This document shows, piece after piece, positions 15,130-30,355 of a DNA stretch of 64,000 nt. The notes beneath the pieces are model-generated. The model did no database searches and was not told the DNA's origin. It saw only the letters and a list, made by a program, of their open reading frames with translations. The translations under genes were made by a program, and so were the position numbers. The number at the start of each line of letters is the position of its first letter. The first letter of the stretch is position 1. This stretch comes from the human T2T-CHM13v2.0 reference genome, Homo sapiens, in assembly GCF_009914755.1 (NCBI RefSeq), contig NC_060940.1; one strand, written 5' to 3'.

Positions 15130-15853
15130 TGAAGCCGCCTTTGCAAAAATTGTAACTAAGAAAATCGTGACAGTGAAAGAGAGCTGATCTGACTTCATCT
15201 TGCTTCTAACCTCCAAGGTGTCCTTGTTCATTCCTAGGCAGAGGCCAAACTAACTTTAGGATGAACTTAGTTTATAGTTTAATTTTGAAACAAAGACAGT
15301 AGCAGCCCTTTCCCAAAACAAACCCGCTTCCTGCCTGGGGACTAGCCTGCCTTTCCAGGACTAACAAATTAGCCACAAGATTAGAAATTATGGTTTAGGA
15401 GTCATGCGGCTGAAGGCTGCAAGAGTCTGAACCTCCCCATATTTCTCCTGGGAATAATATCACTATTGTAAAACCTAAGATCAGTGCTTGAGATATTTTG
15501 CAGGCCCTGTGCTGGGCAAAGGTGGCACCACTCCAAGCAATAAACTTGGCTCATCTGGTTTTGTGGCCCCCACCCAGGAGCCATCTCAGTGCAGGAGGAC
15601 AGCTTCAACTCTCTGTGATTCCATCTCTGATCTGATCAATCAGCACTCACCACTTTCTGACCCCCTACCCACCAAATTATTCTTTAAAAAACCATCCCAG
15701 AGTTTTCAGAGAGACTAATTTGAGTAATAGTAAAACTCTGGTCTCCCGTACAGCTGCCTCTGCATGAACTAAACTCTTTCTCTATTGCAATTTGCCTGTC
15801 TTAATAAATCAGCGCTGACTAGGCAGCAGGCAAGGAGAAGTTGGGCAGTCACA
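15130..15853 (+). mobile_element. LTR8-type solo LTR (ERV1)
   Basis: TG...CA termini; matches the recalled LTR8 start (tgaa.ccgcctttgcaaaa...catcttgcttctaacctccaag); internal AATAAA. Confidence 0.75.
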
Positions 15854-16046
15854 AATCTTGCTTCCTTTGAGGAACCAGTTTACAAATGGATGACTATGAT
15901 CAAGGCCACCTTAGTGTTTGCAACATCCAAAGTATTTCCGTTAGTTTCAAATTCATTTGCGGTCACACTCTTTGCTAAAATGGCTACCAGAAATATCACC
16001 ATGATCACTTGGTTTACACTATTGGCAAAGTGGTGGCAAAAGTAGA

Positions 16047-16350
16047 TTTTTGTTTTTCTTTTTGAGACAAGGTCTGGCTCCATCACCCAGGGCTGGTGTG
16101 CAGTGATGTGATCACAGTTCACTACAGCCTCAACTTCCCAGGCTCAGGCAATTCTCCCACCTCAAACTCCCAGGTAGCTAGGACTACTACAGCTGCCTGC
16201 CACCATGCCCGGCTAATTTTTTTAAAAAAACTGTACAGACAGGGTTCACTGTGTTACCCAGCAGGTCTTCAACTCCTGAGCTCAAGTGATCCACTCACCT
16301 CAGCCTCCTGAAGTGCTGGGATAACAGGCATGAGCCACTGAGCTCAGCCG
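16047..16350 (-). mobile_element. AluJ-type SINE
   Basis: Diverged reverse Alu dimer. Confidence 0.85.
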
Positions 16351-17518
16351 CAAAGGGCTCATTTTTAAATGTAGATATACACTGAGGTATACCTACAACA
16401 GACACTATATCTTCAATTGCAGACATACACTGAGGTGATTCAGAATGACAGTATTATCTGGAGTCATGGACAAAGGTCACAAAACTAACTTGTCCCATGC
16501 CTGGCATGATCTTGATCTGCTGCTGCTGCTCAGTGTGAACAAGGGCTGCTCCCTTGTCTTGCACAGATGCAGCCTGCACAGCTGTCCTCACTGTCGAGCA
16601 GGCACCCAGGAAGGCTCTGCTGGAAATGCCTCCCTGCTCTCCCTGCCTGCCAGCTGCAGGTCCCTTCCCTTCACAGCAGTCATGAGGTCAGATTGGAAGG
16701 GAGCCCTGGTGAAGCTGCGTTTCAGTGTCATGTTGGTGCATCTGGGAGGAACCCCATGACTCCACAAGACTCCTTGCACTCTCATGGGCAACTCCAGACC
16801 CCAGCATGCTGCTGCGGATGTCTGAGTACCCACGGAGCTTTGTGAGTGTGGTGGGCATGGGGAGATGCCCCAGAAATGCTTCTCACACTGCAGGAGGCGA
16901 ACGTTGGAGCTTCTAACTCATCAGGTTAATTTCCAAACACATGCAACACTCCCAATGGGGAGGGGCCAGGGCACAGGAATCTGTGGCTATTTAACTTCAT
17001 ATCTCAAGGTTCCTATAAAAACAGATCTTCAGATAAAATGGGGAGGAAAGGACCAGCAAAGGCAACTATACAAAGGGTGACTTAGGTTGAAGCTATAACT
17101 TCTCCATAGTCCAGAGTCCTTAAGACCTTAACAGTGGCCAATTATTTCAAAGGCCAAATGTTTGTCCCTTAAAAAGGGACTGAAACTGGCAGATAGCTTC
17201 TAAAAAGCTATAAAGATATTTATTGTACTGTGTCATTCTAATAGTACACTTGTAAGAGGTTTGCCAAAAAACAATCAGAAAAATGCTTTTCAGTTTATCC
17301 AGGAGGTTATTACAACAATAACACATCAAGACCTACCCATGAATGCCAAAAAATATAAACTGTTATACTAAAGCTGGATAGAGAGAAGTCTGTGGTCTTA
17401 TGCCTATTTCCTTTATCTGCACGATGAAACCTATAAAGATATTGTTTACAGGGTTAACTTGGAGAGCAAATGAGGTATGGAAATTGGTTACACAGTTCAC
17501 CAAAACCTTACAAACTCA

Positions 17519-17719
<201 letters not shown>

Positions 17720-19559
17720 TCAGCTTAAGTGTGGTGATACGAACATTTAAAAATGAAAGATTTCTTCCGGTTTTGACCAGAAAGTAAGTGCCTTTTATTC
17801 TTATGTTCTGCAGAGACTTTGCTCAGACAAAGCAAGAGGCCAAATCACAGTCATAGTCAGATACCTCTGCAGCCTACTCTGCCTATAGACATTTCCAGCC
17901 CAATTTTGGTCACAGGGAGGACTGGACATCTCTGCGGGCATGAAGAGAGGCACCATCAGCACCTTCACACTCATTAAAGGCAGCACAAATTCAGGCCCAG
18001 TGCAGATTAAGGTTGTTCAGGAAACACTCCAGTGCTGTCTGTGTGCAGCATCATGCCTGGCTGGCAGGTAGATAGGAATTTTACAGGTATACCATGCTTG
18101 AATATGTAACACTCAAGTGATACTGAGAACACTGCTGTCTTCTCCTTTTCACAATAACTAACCCGCTCTTGGGACACCAGCTGAGGAACTGCAGATCAAG
18201 GTCACTTCCCAATGCCTGCCATGCAGACAGCATGACAAGCACAGGTCTCTGTGGCTGAGAAATAATCTCCGTATTCAGTGCTTGATAAGGAACACATGAG
18301 TATGAAAGGAGGGTCCTGCTCACAGCCCCTATGTTCCACGTCTCCACAATCTCTTCAAGAAAACTCATTTCTTGTTCTATAGTATCTGCATTCAGTCAAT
18401 TCAGTTGGGTTTTAGGCAGAGACAGCTGTCGGCCTCTGTATCCCTGGGGTTCCTCTCAACATGCCAAGCAGTTTGTGAGACAATCTCAGAAAGTATTTTC
18501 TATCTATCCAATCTCTATCCTATAAAGAACTTGGTGAGGGACCAGCTGAGTGGAGGTTACAGAGGTGAGCGGTGAGGCGTTGCTATCCCAGAGGGTGCTC
18601 TGCAGAAGAGTATGTCTCTATGCTACTTGACATCTTTGTATCAAGATCAAAGGAAAACAGTTCATTTTAAGAGAGTTCATTTATTGTCTGAAGGTTATCA
18701 GATTGGCGGCTCAGATATGGCAATGTTCTCCAAACTCAACTGTGTTTTCAAAATCAAATGGCTCTTGAACATGATATGTTCTTATGAGAGATTCTGCTCC
18801 CTTTCCCCCTAACTCTGCACTATTGAGTATCCCAGGAATGACCCTCCCTCCCAGGGTTCAACTCCACAGCACTCATTAGAGAGCACTTAAACAGCATTGG
18901 CAAGCCCTCAACTTCCTGTCACCTTTACTGGTAAGCTGGACCTGCTGACACTCACCGAAACCACTTGCCCTCCTGGGTCAGTGAGAAAGCTCCTTTTTTA
19001 ACACCAACTCTTCTATCAGCACAGTGGATCCCATCCCACTTTTGCAGAACACTGTTCCCCAAATCACCTCTTCTTGAAGCCTTTCTCCCTCTCTGCCAGA
19101 GATTTCCCCCAATATGAACGTGTTTCCTGTTCCCATCCTGCTCCCCACAGCTTCCCAGAGGCATCCTCTCAATTTGCTCACAGCATCAGGCCCTGTTGCC
19201 AGCTCCTCACCTCCCATCTCTCCTTAACCCACCTCACCCACCCCCATCACTCGCCTCAGACTCCTCTTGCAAAGGTCCTCAGAGTCTTGACACTTACAAA
19301 CCAGAGCCCTTCACCCCAAGGCTCCACTCTCCAAGCTGGCCCTAATCTTGTCCAGGGAATTGCCATTGGCCTAGCTCCTGGGGACTAACACTTAAATGTG
19401 AGTTACCCTGTTTCAATCTGTGTGCACTCCCTCTATGCCTACCTTCACTGGTAGGCTGCCTGCTTCAGATTCTGAGCCGCCATGTGTCACGGCTCACCTA
19501 TATCACCCTATTTGCTTCTTGGTAATCTTCTCTGCCCCAACCTTCCTCCCAACTGTGGT

Positions 19560-20130
19560 CTACTCTCCCCAAAGCCGTCACCATAACCTCTTAAATTAAG
19601 AACACTGCACTCCCCTCCTCAAGATCTACCATGAGCGCCCCCATCAAACTGGAATAAAACCTGAGCTTCTTCCCATGGCCTGCAAGCCAAAGGGCTCTGT
19701 GAGCTGTCGCACTGCCTGTGCAGCCTCATCTCTTCCATTCTTTCCTTCATTCCTCTCACCACGTGGGCCCCCTGGTGTTTGTTCCTTGAACACACATGAA
19801 ATGTGTTTCTGTCTCAGTCTCAGCACTCATCCTACTTCCTGTCATGCCAGCACTTCTTATCGTCCTCGCTTTATAGTCAGGTCACTGTTCAAATGTGACC
19901 TCTCTAGAGATGCTCTTCCTGATCATTCTATTTGAAATAATGAGCCCCTCTCATCACTCTGTCTTTATCCTGCTTTATCGTTTTGCTATTTTCCATAACC
20001 TAAAAAAATGCTTTCCTCATTGCAACATGAGCACATAAAGACAAGGACTGTGTTCAACCTGTCCTCTTCTCTACCCCAGCACTTAGAAGAATGGGACAGG
20101 GTCGGCATGCAGGGGGTGTTTATGGAACGG
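19560..20130. mobile_element. Ancient L2 LINE fragment
   Basis: L2-like motifs (ttcaaatgtgacctctctagagatgctcttcctgatc, cccagcacttagaa). Confidence 0.5.
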
Positions 20131-20299
20131 ACAACTTCTTGGCAGCATTTAGCCCTGTGACCACAGCCTTTCCTATCTTGACCCCTTTGCTCTTCTTTTA
20201 TTATCCTCTCCTGCTCTTCCTCCTCCCACTCTAGCCACTTTACTGGGGGCTTGTCCCTTACATGCTGGTAGTCCTTACACAGCTATCTTCTGTCCACCT

Positions 20300-20780
<481 letters not shown>

Positions 20781-21715
20781 AGCAGGTACTCTTACTCCTT
20801 ATTCCTTATTTCCAGTTCAGATTCATGGTCCAGTCCCATAGATACAAATATTGACTGTACACGGCCACTCTGCTATCTTACAGGCACACCAAATTTAGCC
20901 TGTCTACAGTGAACTCCCCCTTCTTCCAATCCAGCTTTCCCTCCTGTGTCAGCTCTCTCTCTCTAGCTGGAAGTTCCACTTCTGCTTCCTGCCAGCATGT
21001 GCTGAGCATTCCAAATGGCCTGCAGCTCCATGAAGAGGACTGCACCTGATCCAATGCCCATGGAGGGATTTCTATGCAGGTGCCTAGCAGAAGCCATCTC
21101 TTCTAAGCTCTAGCCAGATGCTAAAGGAGAGGGTACTACTGTTCTAAGTATCTTTTCTCTCCTGGCTGCATGGTTGACACTCCTCTACAGGTTAGTGTGG
21201 GGAGGGGTAAATCAATCCCAGCCATCTGAAAAGGGCTTCATATTCAGAATGAGTCTCACCACAGGAATTCTGTGAGAATGATGTAGATGTAAGGACACAG
21301 CTATGGCTTAGCAGGCTACCTAGCAAAGCCTGTGTCCAAGTCTTCCTGGTACCACGTTCCTGGGCAATTTCTGGAGCAGGCACAAGAGGTCAGCAGGAAC
21401 AACAAAGCATTCAGAGCAGCAGCTCCCAGTCACAGCATGCATCAGAAGTGCCCGGGGAATATGGCCTGGGACTCAGCTTAGATCTACATTGGAATCTGTT
21501 GAGGAAGAAACCAGAAATCTCTCCTGCTGCCTTTAATAGCAATTATTCTGTGATAAGAAAAGCAATGGCATCATTTTAAACCATAATGATGATTCAACTC
21601 AAATATGTGTATTTAATGGCTTGCACAGGTTTCTCTTAAAAGATCTGATGATAATTTCAGGAATCTACTTTTAGTTAGAAACATGGCCATACGCTGTGTA
21701 GGAGACCAGTTGTTA

Positions 21716-21922
<207 letters not shown>

Positions 21923-22451
21923 TTAAGATGGCAGTGTTCACATTTGTGCCCATGTGTCCCTTACAACAATTTTGATGAGATAAAATGTCTTTTTATTTTA
22001 AAAATATAAACAGAAGGATATTAAAATATTTTTGGTTTTCTGTAAACATAGGCCCTAAGGTGGACCTGTGGCTATCATATATCTGAAGAAGGAAGTTTTT
22101 AAATTTTTGTAGCATTTAAACTGATTTAAATTGTTTTCTAATTCTATTTACAGAAGTTGTGCATATTTGTTAGGACTATTTACAAATATTTATATTGTTT
22201 GCTGCTATAGAAAATTATTTTTTAAATGACACATTTTGTTATTTGGATGGTATATTTACTCCCCTTAGCACACTAATTAAGCAAAGCTGCAAGTCAGCTC
22301 TTACTCCAGTGTGCCCACTTTACAACACTCCTTATATAAGATGATTAGACACAACAGAGGGAAGACTTAAAGGTGGGTGAGTCTGACTTCAGCATGAACT
22401 AAATATAACTCTATGAGACAAAAATAGAACCTCAAATAAAGCAACACTTAC

Positions 22452-22503
22452 TGGAAGTGGATGTACTGGCTCTTCAAAAATAGCCAGAGATCTATTTGCA
22501 TAT
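22452..22503 (-). CDS. CCNYL1B: Cyclin Y-like paralog exon 6: (R)YANRSLAIFEEPVHPLP
   Basis: 52 bp, ttttatag|...|gtaagt; homologous to RDANRSLDIFDERSHPLT. Confidence 0.88.
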
Positions 22504-23119
22504 CTATAAAATAAGAACGTGCATTCAAGAAATTAATTCGGGAATTGTTAATATCTTAGTAAAATATCTGCTTGGGAGTAGGGCATGGAGGGTGGAGAGA
22601 GATACCTCTTGTTTGCTTTGGTAAAATTTGTTCATCAAAAGAGTTTTTGCAAATTTTTCTCCTGGATCCTGGCCTTCAGAGGGTTTCTTGACCTGTTTTT
22701 CTTCAGCACACTATGTCGTGAACTGTGAAGTCTTTTCTACATTGATGAGCCAGACTTGCCTTTAAATATTGACCCCCGCTAACAGGCAATGGTAATAAAC
22801 TATATCTATTTTCACTCCTCTAACCACATGCTGGAACGCAAGAGCATTTTATAAAGCAGTAGTGGTTGGCAATAAACTTATAACTTGTAATAAATGTGAA
22901 TGAGATTCAGATTTACCAAATCTTCCTTTATTACATGTTTATCATATTTGTTTAAGTAGTTTGAGTTACAAACTTAATTGCCTTTTTATTTTAAAAGAGG
23001 CCAGTCTTAATGAACTTTAAAAAACTAACACATTGTATGCTCATTTAGGAAACCAGTGGTTCTCCAAATGTGGTTTGAGGATCCCTGAGATTCCCTAGGA
23101 GGCCCATGATGTCAAAAGT

Positions 23120-23415
23120 TCTTTTTTTTGAGACAGGGTTTTGCTCTTTCACCCAGGATGGAGCACAGTGGTACAAACATGGCTCACTGCAGGCTTGACT
23201 CCCTGGGCTCAAGCGATCCTCCTGCCTCAGCCTCCCATGGAGCTGGGATGAAATGTGCACACCACCATGCCCAGCTAATTTTTAATTCTTTTCTGGTATA
23301 GATGGGGTCTTGCCACATTACTCAGGCTAGTCTCAAACTCCTGGTCCCAAATAATTCTCCCACCTTGGCCTCCCAAAGTGCAGGAATTACAGGTGTCAAC
23401 CACCACCTATGGCCC
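23120..23415 (-). mobile_element. AluJ-type SINE nested in the Charlie element
   Basis: Reverse Alu dimer. Confidence 0.85.
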
Positions 23416-23746
23416 AAAATGTTCTTATAAGAATACTAATTCAACCTGAGAAGCTGATTGAAAATAAAACATAATTTATTACTTTCTAAAAGTATTAAGA
23501 CATTGCTTGCTTTTTCACTGTTCAACACTTGTAATGATTGCATAAAAGCAAAAGTGGGTAAAACTTCTTGTTTCTCAGTAAGAATAAGGGCTGTGGTACC
23601 AAATTATACTAGTATTCATTACACTCTTCACTCCCCCTTGCAGTTTTTATTAAAATATCCTGCTTCACTTAAGAATATCCTTGATGAAACAGTAAAAATT
23701 AATGGTGTTATTAAGTCCTGAACTCTCTTTTAAGTATTCTAAGTAG

Positions 23747-24800
23747 TGGTGCAGGAAGTCAGGGACCCCGAACAGAGGGACCAGCTGGAGCCAAGGCAGA
23801 AGAACATAAACTGTGAAGATTTCATGGACATTTATCAGTTCCCAAAATTAATACTTTTATAATTTCTTATGCCTGTCTTTTCTGCAATCTCTGAACATAA
23901 ATTGTAAAGATTTCATGGACATTTATCACTTCTCTAGTAATACTCTTATAATTTCTTATGCCTGTCTTTACTTTAATCTCTTAATCCCATTATCTCCATA
24001 AGCTGACAATGTACATCACCTCAGGACCACTATTGTACAAATTGACTGTAAACGTGTGTTTGAACAGTATGAAATCAGTGCACCTTGAAAAAGAACAGAA
24101 TAACAACGATTTAAGGGAACAAGGGAAGATAACCATAAGGTCTGACTGCCTGTGGGGTTGGGCAGAATACAGCCATATTTTTCTTCTTGCAGAAAGCCTA
24201 TGAATGGATGTGCGAGTAGGAGAAATATTGCTGAATTCTTTTCCCAGCAAGGAATAACCCTGGGGAAGAAATGCATTCCTGGGGGGAGGTCTATGGATGG
24301 CCGCTCTGGGAGTGTCTGTCTGATGCGGTTGAGATAAGGACTGAAATACGTGCTGGTCTCCTGCAGCGCCCTCAAGCTTACTAGGATTGGGAAATTCCAG
24401 CCTGGTAAATTCTAGTCAGACCATTTCTCTGTTCTTGAACCCTGTTTCCTGTTAAGATGTTTATCAAGACAATGCATGCACAGCAGGACATAGACCCTCA
24501 TCAGTAATTCTAATTTTGCCTTCACCTTGTGATCTTTTATTGCCTTTTGAAGCATGTGATCCTTGTGAGCTACTCCCTGTTCATACACCCCCTCCCCTTT
24601 TAAAATCCCTAATAAAAACTTGCTGATTTTGCGGCTCAGGGTCGTCATCACGGTCCTACCAATATGTGATGACACCCCTGGAGGCCCAGCTGTAAAATTC
24701 CTCTCTTTGTACTCTTTTTCTTTATTTCTCAGACTGGCCGACACTTAAAGAAAATAGAAAAGAACCTACGTTGAAATATTGGGGGCTGGTTTCCCCAATA
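23747..24800 (+). mobile_element. MER11 solo LTR (HERV-K HML-8)
   Basis: Matches the recalled MER11 start (ggaagtcagggaccccgaac...gaagatttcatggacatttat), with an internal tandem repeat; 6-bp TSD aagtag at 23741-23746 and 24801-24806. Confidence 0.85.
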
Positions 24801-25637
24801 AAGTAGGAAGTTCACATAAACCACTTCTGCATACTGAAGTATGGGTATGTTAAAGAAAAGCACTTGTGATTTAATTGTGAGCTGAACAAGCAAATTTTTA
24901 ACAGAACACCATTTCTATCTGAAAGTTTGACTGACTGTCATTCTCAAAAAGAAGTCAAATGAGTCTGTCATTTCAAGGAAAATAACAAGTATTTGTTGTC
25001 TATAATAAAGCTAAAGCTTTCAAGCTAAAATCAGGACTTGGAAAACTCATACCTACTACTGTGAGCTTGACGGCATCTCAATATTTGAAGACATTTTTAT
25101 AATCATGGTGATACTAATGAAAGTGAGTTTTTGACACTATCAATGAACATGAATTAATATTTTCCAAATAGCCAATGCATAATATTATAAAAGACAGTAA
25201 GTGGAGAGATCCATTTATGGTATGAGAAAGATCAGTGAGTATTAGTGGAATGAATTCATTGATATGTACAATCCCATTATAACTATTTTAATAAGTCAGC
25301 ACTTGTGAAGTTTTGGTGTGGTTAAAGAATACCCACGATTACCTGAAAGCTTTAAAAATACACATTTTTCCTACTACACATTTGCATGAGGCTAGTTCAT
25401 CTTTTTATTTCTTCTTTACAATAAATTGCAAACAAGACATAAACAAATACACTTTGGGACCCTCAATAATTTAAGAGTTAAAAGAGTCTTACAGACCAAA
25501 AAACCCACAAATGATTCACTTTAATACTGTAAAGTAAGCACTCTACAGCTTATGTCTATAGTTATGACCTAACAGCATGTTTCATATTATACAAAGTGAT
25601 GAGCTGGAATAACAAGGCAGGTTTTCAAAGAGCTCAC

Positions 25638-25673
25638 CTGTGCTTTATGTTGTAATATATTGCCAAAGCCACA
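25638..25673 (-). CDS. CCNYL1B: Cyclin Y-like paralog exon 5: (S)VALAIYYNIKH(R)
   Basis: 36 bp, ccacag|...|gtgagc; homologous to CV(A/T)LAIYYHIKNR. Confidence 0.88.
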
Positions 25674-26871
25674 CTGTGGAGGGAAAAAATATATTTGTAA
25701 GAACTGATTTTATCATTGGTTAGGCCTGAATACATGTTTTTAAAAGGGGGAGGAGGAATTCTCTCAGTGGCCCTGAAATCCTCTTGTTCAAAACAGTACC
25801 ATATGAGCACTTTTCTTTTGTTTTAGCTCTCTGGCTTTATAGTGAAAATAGGAGAACCAAAATGCTAGGCAATATGCTGTTAGAAGATGTTTCTGCTGAT
25901 GGTTATTATATATAAATAATTACATATTTTCCCTGTCATTTGCTATTCTACCCATAGAACCTTTCATCCTGTGCAAGTCACTTACATCTATGTGTACATA
26001 AGCTTACATTTAGGCCATATAGTAGTGTTTTGCTTGTTAAGTGGCTAGGCCCTGCATTTCAGCTGATTTAGTTCTCCATCGCCTACTCACCCATTTATCA
26101 TTAGTTCCCTAAAAGCACACAATGATTGTGCTTTATACCAAATAAAGTAATTTAAAATCACCTCTGCATAATTATTAACAGAAAATTTATTAGTAAATAT
26201 AATGCACACAAAAATTGATGACACTTGTAACTATCCTGAAATAAGCAGCACTAAAGAGCATAACACAGCATCATACAATATTCATGACAGGTATTTCCAC
26301 ATTCGTTTAAACAAAATATTAGTGAACAAATACAACTCTTCAGATGTATGTTACTGTGGTCCTCAGTCATCCTCAGATGGTGTGTGTCAGCAAACAGGGG
26401 CTTCTCTTGGATAAGTTCTGTGCTTCCATTTGCCCTCAGCATTTAAAATGAGGCTCAGAATAATTTGAGAAGGCAAATTTGAGTTGTAAAAAGTAGACCT
26501 TACAACATTATTAGCATCTAAGATCGATATTTCTATAGTGCCTCAAACAGTTCCATCTCCAAATTGATTTCAAAATCACAGAATTTGAAGTTACATGCTG
26601 AAAAGGCCACTGAACCTTACATGACACTCCATGAACCACCCATTTTACAAATAAGAGAACCAAGGCTTCAAACTGACTTGCCCAAGATCCCCACATAGTG
26701 CTTTTGTGAACTGCAGGAGTTCACAAAACACTGTGGTATGGTTTAAATTTAAGCATATGCACACATACATAGAAATGACTTGCACAGATGAAAGGCTCTA
26801 TGAGTAGAAAGAAGAGCAAATGACAGGGAAACATGTAATTTATACGTTAGAACCATCACTCCTCCGTGCAA

Positions 26872-27050
26872 AGGAAGCAGTGGCCCCCACGTTTGCTGCA
26901 CACTGGACCACCTAAGGAGCTTTAAAAACAGCCTCACCACCAGCTGGAGACATTCTGATTTAATTGGCATTGTGTATGATTTGGGCATCAGGGTTGTTGG
27001 TAAAGATCCCCAGGTGAATCCAATGTGCTGCAAAGTTTGAGAATGACTGA
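26872..27050. mobile_element. MER5-type DNA transposon relic
   Basis: Termini cagtgg...aagtttgagaatgactg and internal gattctgatttaattgg-like motif. Confidence 0.5.
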
Positions 27051-27419
27051 GTTAGGGTTAAGGTCAGAATCATCTGGGATGCTTTTATCCATATAATGAT
27101 GCCTCACATACTTAACCATTTTTCTAAAAGGCTTGTGAGTGCCAGAGATGGAGGGAATGTGGAGCTGGGAAGATGCATGTGTTTGCAGAGATATATTTTG
27201 AAGAAACAGGTATAAGTGATTCTAATATGGCTCACTCATGCCTTTGAGTACAATGGACTACTAACCATGGAAAACATTTTTGAAAATCTTTCTGAAAGCC
27301 AATTTGCTCTATTAATTTGCTCAGTAAATCTTTATTTCATAAAAGTAAATATACCAAATGATCCCTTCTAAAATTTGAGAGCAAATTAAAACTAACTGTA
27401 TTTCAAAAATAGACTTCCA

Positions 27420-27550
27420 GGCCAGGCGTGGTAGCTCATGCCTGTAATCATAGCACTTTGGGAGGCTGAGTTGGGTGGATTGCTTGAGACCAGGAGTTTG
27501 AGACCAGCCTGGCCAACACAGCAAAACCCCATCTCTAAAAAAGAAAAAAA
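27420..27550 (+). mobile_element. FLAM/Alu left monomer
   Basis: Single Alu arm with an A tail. Confidence 0.8.
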
Positions 27551-28649
27551 TAATCTATTTTAAAACAACTTGTAAGAATTAGACTATGCTGGAAGAAAAA
27601 GCAGAACCTCTACTTGTTTGAGCAAGGTGAAGCTTAAAAACTACTTTTGAATTGCATACTGAAACATCAGAATCTTTTGAAATCATAAGAAACCAGGGAC
27701 TCTAGCCAAAACAGAGTGCCTTTTTACTTAGGGCTGAATACAAACATTAGGTGATGACTCCATAGAGGCCAAAACTCAGGGCTTTAGACACAGGTGGAGT
27801 CCAGTTCCTGATGAAACACAATTTGATCTCAATAATTGTTACACAGGAGAGAGGAAAGTGACATTATTATGAGTGTAAGTTTATCATTTTTAATTAAAGT
27901 AGAAGTTACTGACAAATTAGCTTAAAAAGCTAGTACATTAGAAACAAAATTAAGCTTGTAAGCTAGTCATGTTTATAGACTGGAAAGTTAAGTTAGGGAT
28001 AAGGACATTAACATGCTAAGGTAGTAGTTCTCAAACTGTTTTCCCAAAAATCAATGCTCGTAATCTAAGGAGATGTTAATAATGTTCCCTGGATGCCTCA
28101 ATGGAACTGGGCTTTGTTGTGACTTTTTAAATAAACTTGAACCCATCGTCCAAGGGTGTTTTGAAAAGGCATTTCTGATTGTGGCCTATGAAGTGCTCAT
28201 GCATGATGGCAAAATGTAAATGCAGATATACTATGGCACCACTGGAGGACAAGCTGTTCCTTCTTTCAAGAGTAGTTTCCAAAGTATTACCCATCGTCTT
28301 TGGCCTGTAAAGAACTAATAATTTTTCCCAGAAACTTTCAATAAAAAGCACCTCTCCTTCCCATTAGGTTCAACACTGTCATAACATAAATGCATCAAAT
28401 AAATAGCTACTCTTTTTCTGGGATTGCTTATTTGCTATCTGGCTTTCCCTTCTACCACACAGCATCTAAGGTTAAAAGAGAAACAGAAAGTTCATATTTA
28501 GGTCCCAGAAATCCATATATCATTGACATCAACTTCTTAAACTGCTTGCTGAAAAGGGCAACCAAATGGCTGAAATGACAGAGGATGGCTGTGATGCTTT
28601 TAGCATATGGGGGTCTGTCACTCAGCCCTTGGCAGCCTCGTTTTACTCA

Positions 28650-28796
<147 letters not shown>

Positions 28797-30066
28797 CTAC
28801 AAAAGTGTGGGCTTTTTTCCTTAGTCAAAATGTCAAATAATAAAGCATTAAGGTATTTTTTATACCCCATGACCTGCCTGAGTGTGGTATTGTGAGCAGC
28901 TCTATGGGAAACTCATTGGAGGTGCTTAACTTCTGCAGATGATGTTCGAGGAATGGGTTATAAAATGCTGCCCTTGCTATGATACCAATCGTCAAACCCA
29001 GGAAGCCTCTATTATGAATTCCCTTTATAAATAATGGGAAAAGTTTAAAGTAAGATTTCATGGTTTTTTATTATGCAGTAAAAAGCAGCTGAGATTTTCT
29101 ATTTCTATTATTCATTAACTACAACAAAATGTCATACATTAAATAATATTGGCACAACAGCATTTTTATTGCAGTAAATAAAGACCTAATACTACATTCA
29201 CTAAATTACTAATCCTAAATATACTCATTCAAGAGACAGTGTGATGGAATCAGAATTTTAGAGTCAGAGATTCTGTGTGCCAGGGCTGCTCAGTGACCAA
29301 ACAATTGAGGGGCCATGGGTTTCTCTGGGCCTGTTTCCTTGGGGGAAGATAGAAAAAGTACTACTTTAAGACTCTCACATTTGAAAATCAGATGAGGAAA
29401 ACCACTTCAGGAATTTAACTTTCACTTCGTGTTTACATAAGACTGCTATTACATTACTCAAATGAGAACTTCCGAGAATACTTTGCATTCATTTCAAAAG
29501 TTGATTGATTTTATTCTGTAAGTAATTTGACACACATCATGGCACTGTCCTGCCTCAGTCATGCTGCTCTCTGCCCAGAATACCTATTTCTTTCCTCCTT
29601 ATCCCAGCAAGCTTCACCTCCTCTGCCTTCCGGGATGCCTCTGCCAGCAGCCACACCACAAAACATTTCCGGTTTTGTGTACTCGTCAGTCTAATTCACC
29701 GTGTGTTACATGATAGCAATTGCCTGCAAAGCATCCCCCTGGTGAAAAAGAAAGCCTCTCCAGGGGAGGGAGGGTCCTTCCTCTCCTACCTGCAGCTGCT
29801 GAGCACAGAATGTGGGAGAAATTAAGGAGTTCAATAAGTGCTTGACAAGTTATTTAAATCAGTTACAATTTGGAAGGTAAATCTTCCTACAGTTACAAAT
29901 TGGTGAAATTTATCTGCAGTGCTATCAGAGAGGTGACAGTGAACCTTTTGAGCCCTCTAGAAAATAAACTATTTATAAAACACTTTAAAAGTATCTATTC
30001 ATTTGTCGAGGGTGCAACAGTCAATATGGAAACTGCCTCATCTATGTTTAAAAAAATGCTCTTCCT

Positions 30067-30355
30067 GGCCGGGCACAGTGGCTCACTCCGGTAATCCCAG
30101 CCCTTTGGGAGGCTGAGGCAGGTGGATCATGAGGCCCGGAGTTCAAGACCAGCCTGGCCAAGATGGTGAAACCCCGTGTCTACTAAAAATACAAAAATTA
30201 GCCAGGTGTGGTGGTGGGTGCGTGTAATCTCAGCTACTCAGGAAGCTGAGACAGAGAATTGCTTGAACCTGGGAAACAGAGGTTGCAGTGAGCCGAGATC
30301 ATGCCACTGCATTCCAGCCTGTGTGACAGAGCAAGACTCTGTCTTAAAAAAAAAT
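30067..30355 (+). mobile_element. AluS-type SINE
   Basis: Full dimer; flanking aaaaaatgctct duplication. Confidence 0.9.

Larger units (their letters stand above)
23053..25503 (+). mobile_element. Charlie1-type hAT DNA transposon relic with nested AluJ and MER11 insertions
   Basis: Starts cagtggttctccaaatgtggt; Charlie1-like internal sequence resumes after each insertion. Confidence 0.6.

Noticed and set aside
16445-16916. Cluster of ORFs in a GC-richer patch of intron 8
   Set aside because: No homology recognised, and the cyclin exon chain is complete without it.
28127-28351. Intronic ORF containing MGNTLETTLERR, which resembles the cyclin Y start MGNTLTCC
   Set aside because: The similarity stops after 5 residues, it lies downstream of exon 4, and no compatible donor was found. 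Most likely chance.
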